Of a stretch of DNA of 64,000 bases, positions 21,876-39,021 are shown piece after piece; position 1 is the first letter of the stretch; each line of letters starts with the position of its first letter. The stretch lies in the NCBI RefSeq assembly GCF_009914755.1, contig NC_060930.1. The stretch is one strand, 5' to 3'. Below the pieces are notes generated by a model. It did no database searches and was not told the origin of the DNA. It saw only the letters and a program-made list of their open reading frames with translations. Source of the stretch: the human T2T-CHM13v2.0 reference genome, Homo sapiens. The translations under genes were made by a program, and so were the position numbers.

Positions 21876-23742
21876 TGACGTGGTTTGGCTCTGTGTCCCC
21901 ACCCAAATCTCGTCTTAAACTGTAATCCCCACATGTTGAAAGGGGAGCCTAGTGGGAGGTGACTGAATCATGGGGGCGAAGTTCCCTCTTGCTGTTCTTG
22001 TGATAGTGAGAGAGTTCTCATGAGATCTGATGGCTTAAATGTGTGTGGCACTTCCCTCTTCTATCTCTCTCTCTCTCTCCCCACTCCTCTGCCATAGTAA
22101 GATACGCTTGCTTCTCCCTTGCCTTCCACCATAGTTGTAAGTTTCCTGAGGCCTCCCACTCATGTTTCCTGTTAAGCCTGCAAAACTGAGTCAACTGAAC
22201 CTCTTTTCTTCATAAATTACCCAGTCTCAGTTAGTTCTTTATAGCAATGTGAGAATGGACTAATACAAAAAGTTGATACCACGAGTGGAGCACTACTATA
22301 AAGATACCTGAAAATGTGGAAGCAACTTTGGAACTGAGTAATAGACAGAGGTTGGAAGAGTTTGGAGGGCTCAAAAGAAGACAGGAAGATATAGGAAAGT
22401 TTGAAACTTTCTAGAGGCTTGATGAATTGTTTTAACCAAAATGCGGATAGTGATATGGACAGTGAAGTCCAGGCTGAAGTAGTCTCAGATGGAGATGAGG
22501 AACTGATTGGCAACTGGAGTAAAGGTCACCCTTGTTATGCTTTAGCAAAGAAATTGGTGGCATTTTGCCACTGCCCTAGACATCTCTGGAACTTTGAATT
22601 TAAGAGAGATGATTTAGGGTATCTGGTGGAGGAAATTTCTAAGCAGCAAAGCACTCTAGATGTGACCTGGCTGTTTGTAAAATGTATGCTCATATGCATG
22701 AAGAAAGATTTGGCCTGAAATTGGAACTTATCTTTAAAAAGGAAGGAAAGCACAAAAATTTGGAAAATTTGCGGCTTCCCCATGTGGTAGAAAAGAAAGC
22801 CCATTTCCTGAGGAGAAATTCAAGCTGGCTGCATAAATTTGCCTAAGTAAAGAGAAGCCAAATGTTAATAGCCAAGACAATTGGGAAAGTCTCCAGGACA
22901 TTTCAGAGGTCTTCACAGCAGCCCCTCCCATCACAGACCTGGAGGCCTATAAGGGAAAAATGGTTTCCTGGGCTGGGCCCAGAGCCCTGTTACTCTGTGC
23001 AGCCTTGGAACATGGTGCCCCCAGTCCCAGCCACTCCAGCTCCAGCTGTGGTTAACAGGAGACAAGGTACAGCTCAGGCCATTGCCTCAGAGGGTGCAAG
23101 CCCCAAGTCTTGGCAGCTTCCATGTGATGTTGGGCCTACAGAGGCACAGAAGGCAACAGCTGAGATTTGGGAGCCTCCATCTAGATTTCAGGGGATGTAT
23201 GGAAATGCGTGGATGTCAAGGCAGAAGGCTGCTGCAGGGATGGAGATTTCATGGAGAACCTCTACTAGGGCAGTACAGAGGGGAAATGTGGGGTTAGAGC
23301 CCCCGCCCCCCCCCCCCCCCAAGAGTCCTCACTGGGGAACTGCCTAGTGGAGTTGTGAGAAGAGGGCCACTGCTTTTCAGATCCCAGAATGGTAGATCCA
23401 CCATTCTGGTGCATTCCAGATCCACCATTCCAGGTTCATCATGCACCTGGAAAAGCCACAGGCCTTCAATGTCAGCCCTTGAAGGCAGCTGTGGGGGCTG
23501 TACCCTGCAGAGCCACAAGGACAGAGTGGCCCAAGGCAATAAGTGCCCACCCCTTGCATCAGTATGTCCTTGCTTTGAGATATGGAGTCAAAGAAGGTTA
23601 TTTGGGAGCTTTAAGATTTAATGACTACCCTGCTGGGTTTCAGACTTGCAAAGGGCCTGTAGCCCCTTTTTTTGGCTAATTGGAATGGGAGAATTTACCC
23701 AATGCCTGAATCCCCATTGGATCTTGGAAATATCTACCTTGT
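21876..23742 (+). mobile_element. MSTA/THE1D-like MaLR: 5' LTR (21876-22267) and internal region, 3' LTR missing
   Basis: LTR 'tgacgtggtttggctctgtgtcccc...ggactaataca'; internal ORF remnants NADSDMDSEVQAEVVSDGDEELIGNWSKG. Confidence 0.9.
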
Positions 23743-26496
23743 TTAACTTCATACACCCACTTCTTGTTTCTATTTATATCTTAGTGTACTATGTCTTGAG
23801 ATGTTGTAGTTATTATTTTTGATCATTTTATCTTTCAGTCTTTCTACTCAATATGAGTTTACCACCATAAGTTTTATAAGATTGTGTTTTTCTGTATACT
23901 TACTGTTGCCAGTAAGTTTTATACCTTCAGATGGTTTTTTATTGTTCATTAATGTCCTTTTCTTTCACTTTGAAAATCTCCTGTTAGCATTTCTTATAGG
24001 ACAAGTCTAGTCTTGATGAATTTCCTCAATTTTTGCTTGTCTGAGATAATATTTCTCCTTCATGTCTGAAGGATATTTTCACTGAATATACTATGCTGGG
24101 ATAAACTTTTTTTTTTCCTTCAGCACGTTAAGTATGTCATGCCACTCTCTCCTGGTCTGTAGGGTTTCCACTGAGAAGTTTGCTGCCAGGTGTATCAGAG
24201 TTCCACTGTATGTTGTTTCTTTTATTTTGCTGACTTTAGGACCCTTTTTTGTCCTTGATAGTTGGAAGTTTGATTATTAAATGTCTTGAAGTAGTCTTTT
24301 TTGTGTTAAATCTGCTTGGTGTTCTATATCCTTCTTGTACATGGATATTAATATCTTTTCTAGGTTTGGGAGGATGTCTGTTTTTATCCATTTGAATAAA
24401 CTTTCTACCCCTATCTCTTTCTTTACATCCTCTTTAAGACCAATCATTCTCAGATTTACCGTTTTGAGACTATTTTCAGACTTTTTAGGTATGCTTCATG
24501 CTTTATTATTATTTTTCTGTCTCCTTGGTGTATTTTCAAATAATCTTCAATCTCACTAATTATTTCTGTTTGATTAATTATGTTGTTAAGAGCCTCAGGT
24601 GCATTTTCAGTGTTTCAATTTCATTTTTCAGCTACTGAATTTCTGCTTGATTCTTTTAAGTTAACCTCCTTGCTAAATTTATCTGATAGAATTTTGAATT
24701 CCTTCTCTGTGTTATCTTAAGTTTAGTTGAGCTTCCTCAAACAGCTATATTGAATTCTCTGTCTGAAGGGTCACATATCTCTGTCCTTCCAAGTTTGATC
24801 ATTGGTGCCTAGTTAGCTCATTTGGTGAGGTCAAGTTTTCTGGATGGTCTTGATGATTGTGGATGTTCATTCGTGTCTATACATTGCAAAATTAAGTATT
24901 TATTGTAGACTTCATAGTCTGCACTTGTTTGTACCCATCCTTCTTGGAAAGAGTTTCCAGGTATTCAAGAAGACTTGCATGTTATGATCAAGTTTTAGTC
25001 ATTGCAACCATATGTGCATTATACTCTATAATCAGCAGGTGGTAAAGCCACACAGGCTTATGTCCATCCTTTCAGGACAGTGAGTCCCCCACCAACCCCA
25101 GTCCCAAGTGGGCTCAGAGATATCATCCAGAAGCCAGGACTTGGAGTTAGATAAAAATCTACCTAATGCTCTATTCTACTGCAGTTAAGCTGGCACCCAA
25201 GACAAAAGACAAAGTCTTTCCCACTCTTGCCTCCTCATTCCGCAAGCAGATGAGTATCCTTCCATGGCCACTACTACCCCAGTACCACGGTGAGTACTAT
25301 CTGGCTACCACAGATGTTCATTCAAGGCCTGAGGGCTCTCCAGTCAGCTTATGGTGAATGCTACAATGTCTGCGACTCTCCCTTCAGAGTAGTGGGCTTC
25401 CCTCTGTCCCAGGGCAGGTCCAGAAATGCTAAGAGCCAAGGCCTGTAATCAGGGACTGCAAGAGCCCACTTGGTGTTCTACCCCACTGTGGCTGAGCTGG
25501 TACCTAAGCTGCAAGACAAAATCCCCTTTATTCTTCCCTCTCCTTTTCACGAGCAGAAGGATTCCCTCCCGATTGCCACCACAGCTAGGAATGTTCTGGG
25601 TCACACCTGAAGCCAGCATGCCTGTGAGTCTTACCCAAGGCCCATGGTGAGTACTGCCTGGGTACTGTTGCTGATTATTCAAAGCCAAACAGTTCTTTAG
25701 TCAGCATGTAATGAATCCCACCAGGACTGGGCCCTTCCCTTGGAGGCATCAAGCTCTCTTCTGGCCCAGGGTGTGTCCAGAAATGTTGTCGAGGAGCTAG
25801 GGCTTGGAAAGGGGGCCACAGGACTCTGCCTGGTGTCCTAACCTACTGTGACTGAGCTAGTTTCTACATCGTAAGACAAAGTCCTCTTTACTCTTCCCTC
25901 TCCTTTCCTCATGCAGAGGGAAGGAGTCTCTCCCAGAGCTGTGAGCTATGCTGTCTGGAGTGGTGGGAGAGGTGGCACAAGCACTCCCTTAGCCACTCTG
26001 GCTGGTGTCTCAGTAGGCCACATTCCTCCCAAGTCCACTAGCTCCAATCCCAGCACAGGATCAGGACTTTCCCAGGAATTGCAGTCCTTGTGGCCTAAAC
26101 TGATTTTCTTGTTTATTTAGGATCCCAGAACACCTTAGCACATGGTGGCAAAACTTGCCAGAACTCAGGCTCCAACCACTGGAATGGGCATTTTCCTCTG
26201 ACTAGGGCTGGTCTAAATGCTTTCTCCATGGGCAGCAGCTTAGTTCTGCCCTGTGTTGCTTAGCACTGTGACAGGCAGCATTGCATTCCAATGCAAGATT
26301 CCACAATCACTGCAATCTCCCTCTCCCAAGCACAGAAATTCTATGCACCACACAGCTGCTCCCAGGGGATGGGAGGAGGGTGGTAGTGGCAACAATTAAA
26401 GAGTGTCTTCCCTATTCTCTTCAGTGACTCTTTCAGTGTTACGAAGTTAAAACCAAGTACGTGATTACTCACCTGATCTGGGGTTTTTATGAAGGT

Positions 26497-27046
<550 letters not shown>

Positions 27047-27344
27047 TAATAGATGAGCAAAATGGAAGTACCTTGCTCTGTGATGGTGGTGAAGTGAATA
27101 TCCTTTCCTGGACTGACTGGACATATCATCGCTGAACTCCTTTAGGATGAGAAGATAGTCTTCTACATTATTATTTTGTTGTTGCTATTGTTACTGACAG
27201 CTAAACCTAATCCTAAGGAGTAACATGTTATAAGCAATGTAACACTGGGCAATTTTTCATTCAACATGAAAATATTTATATATACACAGCAAGTTTAGTA
27301 CATTTGTATCTACTGTGATTTTTGACACATTAATTTATATGATT

Positions 27345-28615
27345 TTTCCTAGCTGAGTAGTATGTATGACCATATCCAAATTTTGAATCCATTGCTTTGA
27401 TGGACATTTAGGTTGCAAATATGTTTTGGCTATTGTCAATGGAACTACTATAAATGGTTTTGTATGATTCCTTTTGGGTCATATGCTTTCATTACTTTTA
27501 GGTAAATACCTAGGAGTAAAATTGTTAGTATATGCTTCCTTTTATAAGAAACTGCCAAATTGATCTTCAAAATGCTTTAAAATTTTATATTCCTACCAAC
27601 AGTGTATGGCTATCTCAGTTGCCACATATGCTAACACTGGTGTTGTCAGTCTTTTTAATGATTTTAGAGAATATAGTCATATTCCTTTATGGTTTTTGTC
27701 TTAGTTCATTTGTCCTGCTATAACCAAATACCTGAGACTGGATAACTTATGAAGAAGAGATATTTATTTCTCACAGTTCTGGAAGCAGAAAAGTCTAAGA
27801 TCAAGGCCCTGGAAAATTCAGTGTCTGGTGGAGTCTCACTCCTGTCAAGATGGTGCCTTGTTGCTATGTCCTCTGACAGGAACAAATGCTGTGTCCTCAC
27901 ATGACAGAAGGAAAGGAAGGGAAGGGGTGGCTAGGGCACTCTCTTCGACTTCTTTTACATGGTCACAATCCCATTCAGGAAGGCTCTACCCTCATGACTT
28001 AATTATCTCCTAAAGGCCCCACCTTCATAATACTATCACATTGCCCATTAAGTTTCAACATATGAATTTTGAAGGACACATTCAGATCATAGCAATGTTA
28101 TTTGCAATTCTCTTATGATTATTGATTTTGAGCACCTTATCTGGTACTTGGTGATAAGGTGGGCACTGAGGGGTGAGGCAGGTGAAGGGGGTATGTGTAC
28201 ACATTTGTAAAGTGTTCACATATTTTGCCCATTTTAAATCGAGTCATTTGTCTTATTATTATTCATCTGTAAGCATTCTTTATACATTTGGGATGCAAGT
28301 TTTTCATCAGATGTGTGTATTGCAAATACTCTATCTCAGCCTGTCCATTTGAAATATATTAAAGATATCTTTTAATGACCAGAGTTTAATTTTGATTAAA
28401 TCCCATATATTATTTTATAGTTGGTCATTTTTATGTTATATCTAAAGAATTTTTGCCTAGAAGACTGAGAAAATACTGTTCAACATTTTCTTCTATAAAC
28501 TTTATTGTGTTAGCATTTACATTTGGGCCTATAAGCCTCAAATTAAGATTTTCTATGATGGAGTTTTTTCAAGACAATTATTCAGTTGGTCTAGCACTGC
28601 TTGTTGAAAACTTTC
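27345..28615 (-). mobile_element. Old L1M ORF2 fragment
   Basis: 'gatggacatttaggttg', 'aagaaactgccaaat', 'ttttgcccattttaaat'. Confidence 0.7.
27697..28094 (-). mobile_element. MSTC/MSTD-like solo LTR
   Basis: 'tgtcttagttcatttgtcctgctataacc...cacattcagatcatagca'. Confidence 0.85.
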
Positions 28616-29099
28616 ATTGACATTTTATTTACGTAATTATTCTTTTCATTTGTAAAAGCATTACTTGGTTCTTAAACATGCCTGGTCATTTTTCATGGTA
28701 TCTTATTTTTCCATTCCAATTTTGTTTATATCCTGTATTACTTTAAAATATTTAAAACATACTCATGTTACATACCACAGAATCTTATGTTCTGACATTC
28801 TTGGGTGTCTAGTTTTGGTCTTTTGAAATTTATCTAACTCTTACTCCTGTGGGCAAATGTGAAAAAAAAATTCTCCTCTAGTCCTTTTGCCTTCTTGCTT
28901 TCCTATCTAGCTTCTTTGAGTATAAGAGCAGCTGCCTATGTAGGTTTGCTGAGCTTGAGGACACATCTGAGGGTCCAGGCTTTTCTGTGATCTCTACAGG
29001 AGAGAACAGCATGAGAGTTTGTTCGTTAGTCTGCTAAGCAACTTTCAGGAGACTGGGTGAGGAGGCTCAGGAAAGGACCTAGATTTTTCCAAAGGAAGC

Positions 29100-29540
29100 A
29101 GAACATGTTAGGAAAGAAAGAGATTGACTAGAAGATTAAATGGAAAGCATATCTCAAAATATAGACAAAAGAGACAGGCATGATATGCAATGAAAGACTT
29201 AAAGTACAGAGCCAGGAAACAGCTTCAGAATAGGAGTTGAAGAAAGAAAAAAGGACCAAATGCAAAAGAGGTGTTTATTTTAAAAAAATAACAAGGGAAC
29301 TTACTTTAACCTGAATAAATATTTGGTTCTACATAATAATATTTTAATGAGGCCTCAGATAGATTAATGTTATAAGCTTACAGGATGGAATATTCCTTCG
29401 TTCTAAGAAAAACAGAAAAACCTGATGTGTCCAGTTGAAATTGCCAGGATCCCTGTCACTGCTACCCTTGCCCTCAAAAGGAAGAAATCCAATTAGCATC
29501 AGACTCTCACCAGCAGTGCCTCAAGCTATAAACTAGAGCA
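29100..29540 (+). mobile_element. Ancient L1ME/HAL1 ORF1-like fragment
   Basis: 'aataggagttgaagaaagaaaaaagg', 'aattagcatcagactctcaccagca'. Confidence 0.45.
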
Positions 29541-29744
29541 AGGTGAGAAAATCAGCTCTTCTTAGGTTTCTAAAGGCAGGACCTCTATCTTCTCACATTA
29601 ATTTATATCCCTGAAAATAGCTGTTATTGGAAATTAAAATCATAATATGGCCTTCACCTGCCACACCTTTGTTTTATATTTTTCTTATCATTAGTGGGAA
29701 ATAAGAGTGTCATTTAACAGTCACCCTTAAGAACAGGATTATCT

Positions 29745-31450
29745 TTAAAATTTTTAAGAATACATTTAGTTTTATAGAAAAATTACAAAGATAGTACAGA
29801 GAGTTCCCTTATACCCAAAACCCATGTCTCTCCATTATTAACATCTTATATTAGCATGGTCCATGTGTCACAGTTAATGAATCAATATTGATACTTTATT
29901 AATTAAGTCAGTACTTTACTCATTTTTTAATGAATGTCCTTTTTCTCTTCCATGATTTCAACCAACACAGCACATCATGTTTAGTCATCATGCCTCTTTA
30001 GGCACCTCTTAGCTGTGACAGTTTGTCAGAATTTCTCTTAAGACTTGACAGTTTTAAGGAGTACTTGTCAGGTATTTTATAGAATATCCATTAATTGGGT
30101 CTGTCTGTTAATTTTTATTAGACTAGGGTTTTAGATTTTTGGAAGGAGCACCTCAAAGATTAAGTGCCATTCTTACCACATCATATCAAGGATACAAACT
30201 ACCAATATGACTTATCTTTATGGATGTTAATTTTCATCACCTGGCTGAGGTAGTGTTTGTAGACGCCTCCACAATAAAGTTACTTTTTCACCTTCCCATG
30301 CTATATTCTTCAGAACAAAGTCACTAAGCACAGCCTGTCCTTAAAAAATAGAAAGTTATGCTCAATCTCCTGAGAGCAGAATAGCTGTATAAACTATTTG
30401 GAATTCTGCCTGGGCTATGTGTTTGTTCTCACAATTAATTTATACAATCATTTATATCATTATAGATTTGTGAATATTTTATAATGTAAGCTATAATACA
30501 GTGATGTTTATGTGTTTTGTCGCTCAGAATTATTTGTATTTGGCCATTGGAAGCCCTATTATTTGGCTTCAATTTCACTTCGACATACCTGCATCTTTGC
30601 CTATTTTTTTATTGTAGTACTCCATACTTTTGAGACATTCAGGATGATCTGCACACATCTTGTATATTTCCTGTGCCAGTCCTAGAATCAGCCATTGTCC
30701 TAAAGAGCCTGATTCCTTTTACTGGAGAAGACTATTAGAAACCAAGATCTGAGTTATGAGTGTGCTAATTGCTACTGGGACATAATTGTTTCTTTGACCT
30801 CAGCTGTGAGAAATTTATGTGTGCATACCAACCCATGTATATATACATATCTGTAAATATTTTCATATGTAACTATTTGTGTCTATATAAAAATGAACAT
30901 GATGTCATTCCAATGTCTCCAGCTCCAGCCTCTTCTCCTTGCTTGTCTATAATCCTCCATCCCAACAATGAGAAACATGGCTCCCACTATCTACCAGTGA
31001 CTATTGTTGAATTCCAGAAAATAAGTACTTACAGTGGTTTCTGAAATGCTATCCCATACCCTCATGGGAAGCAATTTTGTCAACTGGGGAATGTGCTTAT
31101 ATACAATACCTTTGCCTTTATCCTTACAGACTGCACTCATTTCTTATGTCAACACTTTGTTCACACATCCTCTTTGGTGAGTTTATTTCATACATTTGTA
31201 ATATAGTTAGATTCCTTTGACACAATATGCGTTCCATTGAGTGCCACATCATCCTAGATGATTTTTTAAATTTCATACATCAAGCTTTATTCTTTGTTTT
31301 GTAAAATTATGTGGGTTAGACAAATGAAGTGTCATGTATCCACCATTAATATGGCTTACAGAATAGTTTCAGTGCTCTAAATTTTCTCTCTTCATCACTG
31401 AATCCCTGAATAAACAATGATGTATTATCCTCAGAATTTTGCCTTTTCCA
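29745..31450 (-). mobile_element. L1MC3/4-like 3' UTR
   Basis: 'aaaattacaaagatagtacagagagttccc', 'gactattagaaaccaagatctg'. Confidence 0.75.
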
Positions 31451-31461
31451 TAAGTTATATA

Positions 31462-34089
<2,628 letters not shown>

Positions 34090-34396
34090 TAAATGCATGA
34101 AAGTATTCTATAAATGTCAATTAGATCAAAGTGTATGATATTGCTATTCAGGTCACATATAGCCTTACTGTTTTCCTGCCTGCTTGATTTAATCCATCAC
34201 TGACAGAGGGATGTTGAAGACTTCAACTGTAAGAGGGGATTTATCTATTTCTCCTTTCACAGTTCCATCAGATTTTGCTTCAAGTATTTTGATGCTCTGT
34301 TTGTTAGGTTCCTACATATTTAAGATTGTTGGGTGTTCTTACAGAAATTGACCTCTTTGTCATTATGTTAACACTCTCTTTGACCCAGATACTTTC

Positions 34397-34896
34397 TATG
34401 GGGTAAGGCCAGAAATTAAGGGCCAACATTATGTGCTGTCTTAACATCTGGTAAAATCAGAAGGGCCACAAAAAGGCCTAACCACAAGTTCACCTCCCTA
34501 TTATGCTTCCACAGATAAGGTCCTTACAGCCAAACAACCCTTATCTTGGGGAATAAGCACAGTTCCTGCTTATCCCTGAGCAGCCAGTATTAGTTTCCTG
34601 CCAGCTAACAGAATTACTCAAACAAGCTCAACACAACCTCCTATGGGAACTAGGGGACATCCATTATTTTCATACTACAGAGCCTGCATCCAACAGCCTC
34701 TGGTTTTTCACTCTGCTTCTGTGTGTAAACCCCACGTTGTCTGGTATGGTGTGCGTGTCCTCCTCCCCCAGGCTGTGAATACATTTGACTAATAAACTGC
34801 TGTAATGTTTATCTGTCCAGTGTTGGGTGCCATTCACATAACTCCAGGTTGGTAATCCCCCTCTCACCAACAGGGTGATAGAAGGTAACTAAAACA
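34397..34896 (+). mobile_element. Solo LTR, ERVL-type (LTR53/MER54-like, tentative)
   Basis: About 500 bp, AATAAA at 34791, ends 'aaaaca'; 5-bp flanks ctttc / cgttc; interrupts L1. Confidence 0.7.
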
Positions 34897-35238
34897 CGTT
34901 CTTGTTCTGAAATCAGCTCTGTCTAAATTTAATAACCTGTTCCAGCTTTCTTTGACTAGTGTTAGCATATTATACCTCTCTCCATCCCTTTTTTTTTTAA
35001 TGTATCTGGGATTTATATGTAAAGTGAAATTTTTATAGACAATAATTAGTTGGGTCTTAAATTTTTAATCCACTATCACAAACTCTTTTAATTAATGTTT
35101 AGACCATTCATATTTAATGTTTATATTGATATAATTGAATGAATATCTACCATGTTTATAACTGCTTTATTTTATTTCATTTGTTCTTTATTTTTCTTCC
35201 TTGTTGTTCTGTCTTCTGAGATTTTAATTGAGCATTTT

Positions 35239-35545
35239 ATTTTATTTTATTTTGTTTCTTTTTTTGAGACAGGGTCTCATTCTGTCGCCCAGGTTGGAGT
35301 GCAGTGACATAATCTTGGTTCACTGCAACCTCCACCTCCTAGGTTCAAGCAATTCTCCTGCCTCAGCCTCCTAAATAGCCGGAATTACAGGTATGTGTCA
35401 CCACACCTGGCTAATTTTTGTATTTTTTGTAGAGACAGGGTATCACCATGTTGGCCAAGCTGGTCTCAAACTCCTGGTCTCAAGTGATCCACCACCTCAG
35501 CCTCCCAAAGTGCTAGGATTACAGGTGTGAGCCACTGTGCCTGGC
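35239..35545 (-). mobile_element. Alu (AluJ or old AluS)
   Basis: Perfect 15-bp TSD ttaattgagcatttt (35224-35238, 35546-35560). Confidence 0.95.
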
Positions 35546-37661
35546 TTAATTGAGCATTTTCTATGATTTTATTTCATCTCATCTCACAGAGTATCAATAA
35601 TAATTCATCAAAATTATTTTATTGGTTTCCCTCATTTATGATATACATTTTTTACTAATATAAGTCATTTTCAAATATTACTAAATCATTATAATGAGAA
35701 AACCCAATTTCTTAGAGCAATTTACTGTAAGCATATATGAAATATTTATAAAAATGAATCATATATTAGGCCACATATTTAATACTATTAATTCTCAAAC
35801 CCAAATGTTCTGTAATTTTAAATTACTAATGAAAGTTGAAACAAAAATGATTCAGGAATTTGAAACACTCTTAAAAACTATTGGGTAAAATGTATAATCA
35901 AAAGCATAACATATTTAGAAGATGAAATCTACCACACAACTAATCAGCATATTACATGTATAGCCAAGCAAGTGTTGAGACCCAAAGTAATTTTAAGCAC
36001 TTGGCATGATTTCATTATTCAATGAAATATTTAATTCAAATGTATTTTCTCAAAATCTAAGAAATGCAATTTATTTATATAATCAATATACATTGACATC
36101 TACTAGGTGAAGACTTATTGTAGACACTGGGGATATGGTGCTGCAAAAATAGCCCACACATACTAAAATTAAAAGTGGAAATTATTCATGAATAGATAAA
36201 AAGCACTGATAAAAGTCTTGACATAAATGCATATCAAAGAATTGATAAATGCAAAAGCTAATTGCAAAATATATAAATATTAAATTTTTGCAAAATATGA
36301 TAGTTAAAAACTTATATGCAAATATAATTGGAAAAATAAGATATAGCTCTAAGTTATCCAATTAAATAAGATGAACTAATACTCTATATACTTGAAATTT
36401 TTAATGAAATTTATTCTCACAAAACAGTAGCCAAATTAATAATACCCAAAATTTGTTCACGAAAAAGCCAACAAGTAGGCAATAAATCAAACATTAACCA
36501 GATATTTCTTTAACTTTTAAGTACAGGAATATATGTGCAGGTTTGTTACACAGGTAAACTTGTGTCTTGAGGGTTTGTTGTACAGATTAGTTTATCTCTC
36601 AGGTATTAAGCCTAGTACCCATTAATTATTTTTCCTGATCCTCTCCCTGTTTCACCTTCCACCTTCCAATAGGCCCCAGTGTGTGTTGTTCCCCAATTAT
36701 GTATTCATGTGTTCTTACCATTTAGCTCCCACTTGTAAGTGAAAACATGTGGTATTTAGTTTTCTGTTCCTATGTTAGTTTTCTAAAGATAATAGCTTAC
36801 AGCTCCATCCATGTCCCTGCAAAGGACACGATCTCATTCTTTTTTACGGATACCTTGTATTCCATGGTATATATATGTATCACATTTTATTTATCCAGCC
36901 TAAATGATGGGCATGTAGGTTGATTCCATGTCTTTGCTATTGTGAGTAGTGTTGCCATGAACATACATGTCTTTGTAATAGAATGATTTATATTCCTTTG
37001 GGTATATATCCAGTAGTAGGATTTCTGGGTCGAATGGTATTTCAGTCTTTAGGCCTTGAGGAATCGCCACACTGTCTTTCACAATGGTTGAACTAATTTA
37101 CACTCCCACAACAGTGTGTAAGCATTTCTTTTTCTCCACAATCTTGCCAGAATCTGTTATGTTTTGACTTTTTAGTAACAGACATTCTGAATGGTGTGAG
37201 ATGGTATCTCACTGTGGTTTTGATTTGTATTTCTCTAATGATCAGTGATGAGCTTTTTTTCATATGATTGTTGGTCACATTATTTCTTACTTTGAAAAGT
37301 GTCTTTTCATGTCCTTTGCCCACTTTTTATGGGGTTTTTTCTTGTAAATTTGTATAAGTTCCCTATAGATGCTGAATATTTGACTTTTGTCAGATGCATA
37401 GTTTGCAAAAATTTTCTCACATTCTGTAGGTTGTATGTTTACTCTGTTGATAGTTCTTTTGCTGTGCAAAAGCTCTTCATTTTAATTAGATACCATTTGT
37501 CAATGTTTGCTTTTGTTGCAATTGCTTTTTGCTTCTTCATCATGAAATCTTTGCCCATGCCATGTCCTGAATGGCATTGCCTAGGTTGTCTTCCAAGGTT
37601 TTCTTAGTTTGGGTTTTACATTTAAGTCTTTAATCCATTGTATTACTGTGTTCTCACACTG

Positions 37662-38017
37662 TGTATTAGTCTGTTTTCATGCTGCTTATAAGGACATACC
37701 TGATACTGAGTAATTTATAAATACAAAGAGGTTTAATGGACTCACAGCTCCATATGGCTGGGGAAGCCTCACAATCATGGTAGAAGGCAAAAGGCACATC
37801 TTACATGGTGGCAGACAAGAGAGAGTTTGTGCAGAGAAACTCCCTTTTATAAAACCATCAGATCTTATGAGACTTATTCACTATCACAAGAACAGCACAG
37901 GAAAGTTCTGCCCCCATGATTCAATTACCTCCCACTGGGTCCCTCCCATGAACATGGGAATTGTGGGAGCTATAATTTAAGATGAGATTTGAGTGGAGAC
38001 ACAGCCAAATCATATCA
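37662..38017 (-). mobile_element. THE1B-like solo LTR inserted in the MSTA LTR
   Basis: TSD cactg at 37657-37661 and 38018-38022. Confidence 0.92.
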
Positions 38018-38565
38018 CACTGCTCTAAATAACTACCTGACACTGGGTAATTTATGAAGAAAAAAGGTTTAATTTACTCAACGTTCTGCAGGCTTTACAG
38101 GAAGTATGACTGGGACGCCTCAGAAAACTTACAATCATGGTGGAAGGCGACAGAGGAGCAAGCATATCTTACTATGGTGGAGCAGGAAAGAGAGAAAAGG
38201 GGGAGATTCTATACATTTTTAAATGATTAAATCTTGTGAGAACTCACTCAGCATCACAAGAACAGCAAGGGGAAAATCCACCTCCATGATTCAATCACCT
38301 CCTACCAGGCCCCTCCTCCAACGTGCCATAAGATTTGGATGGGGACACAAATTCAAACCATATCATTCTGCCCCTGGCCTCTCCAAAATCTCATGTCCTT
38401 TTCCATTTCAAAACCAGTCATGCCTTCCCAACAGTCACCAAGGTCTTAACTCATTCCAGCATTAACTCAAAAATTCCCAAGTCTCATCTGAGACAAAACA
38501 AGCCCTTCCACCTATGAGCTGGTAAAATAAAAAACAAGGTAGTTATTTCCAAGATACAATGGGGG

Positions 38566-39021
38566 TGTAAAAGGAAAATATCTTGAGCACCCCAAATCAC
38601 TAAGCTAAAAGTAAAATTCAAACTGGAAATTCCTCGGGGCAAACCTGCCTCCTATTCTATTCAAAGTCATCCCCTGCTCACTATGATAGATGCATATTCT
38701 AATTGCCTCCATTGGAAAGCCTTATCAGAAACTCAAAATAATGCAACCATTTGTCTCTCACCTATCTGTGACCTGTGACCTGGAAACCCCCTCCCTGCTT
38801 CGAGTTGTCCCCGTCTTTCTGGACAGAACCAATGTACTTCTTACATATAGATGAGATTGATGTCTCATGTCTCCCTAAAATGTCTACAACCAAGCTGTGC
38901 CCCAACCACCTTGCACATGTTGTCAGGACTTCCTGGTGCTGTGTCATGGATGCGTGTCCTCAATCTTGGTAAAATATACTTTCTAAATTAACTGAGATCT
39001 GTCTCAGATTTTGAGTTTACA
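38566..39021 (+). mobile_element. MER4A-like ERV1 solo LTR inside MSTA-int
   Basis: 'tgtaaaaggaaaata...ccccaaatcactaagc...gcaaacctgcctcc' to 'ttaca'; 4-bp flanks gggg / aggg. Confidence 0.8.

Larger units (their letters stand above)
34092..35690 (-). mobile_element. L1M ORF2 5' (endonuclease) and inter-ORF fragment
   Basis: 'attctataaatgtcaattagatc', 'tttagaccattcatatttaatg'. Confidence 0.7.

Noticed and set aside
22401-23679. ORFs of 105-161 aa (similar ones at 39172-40459 and 50658-51965)
   Set aside because: Decayed MaLR internal sequence with frameshifts.
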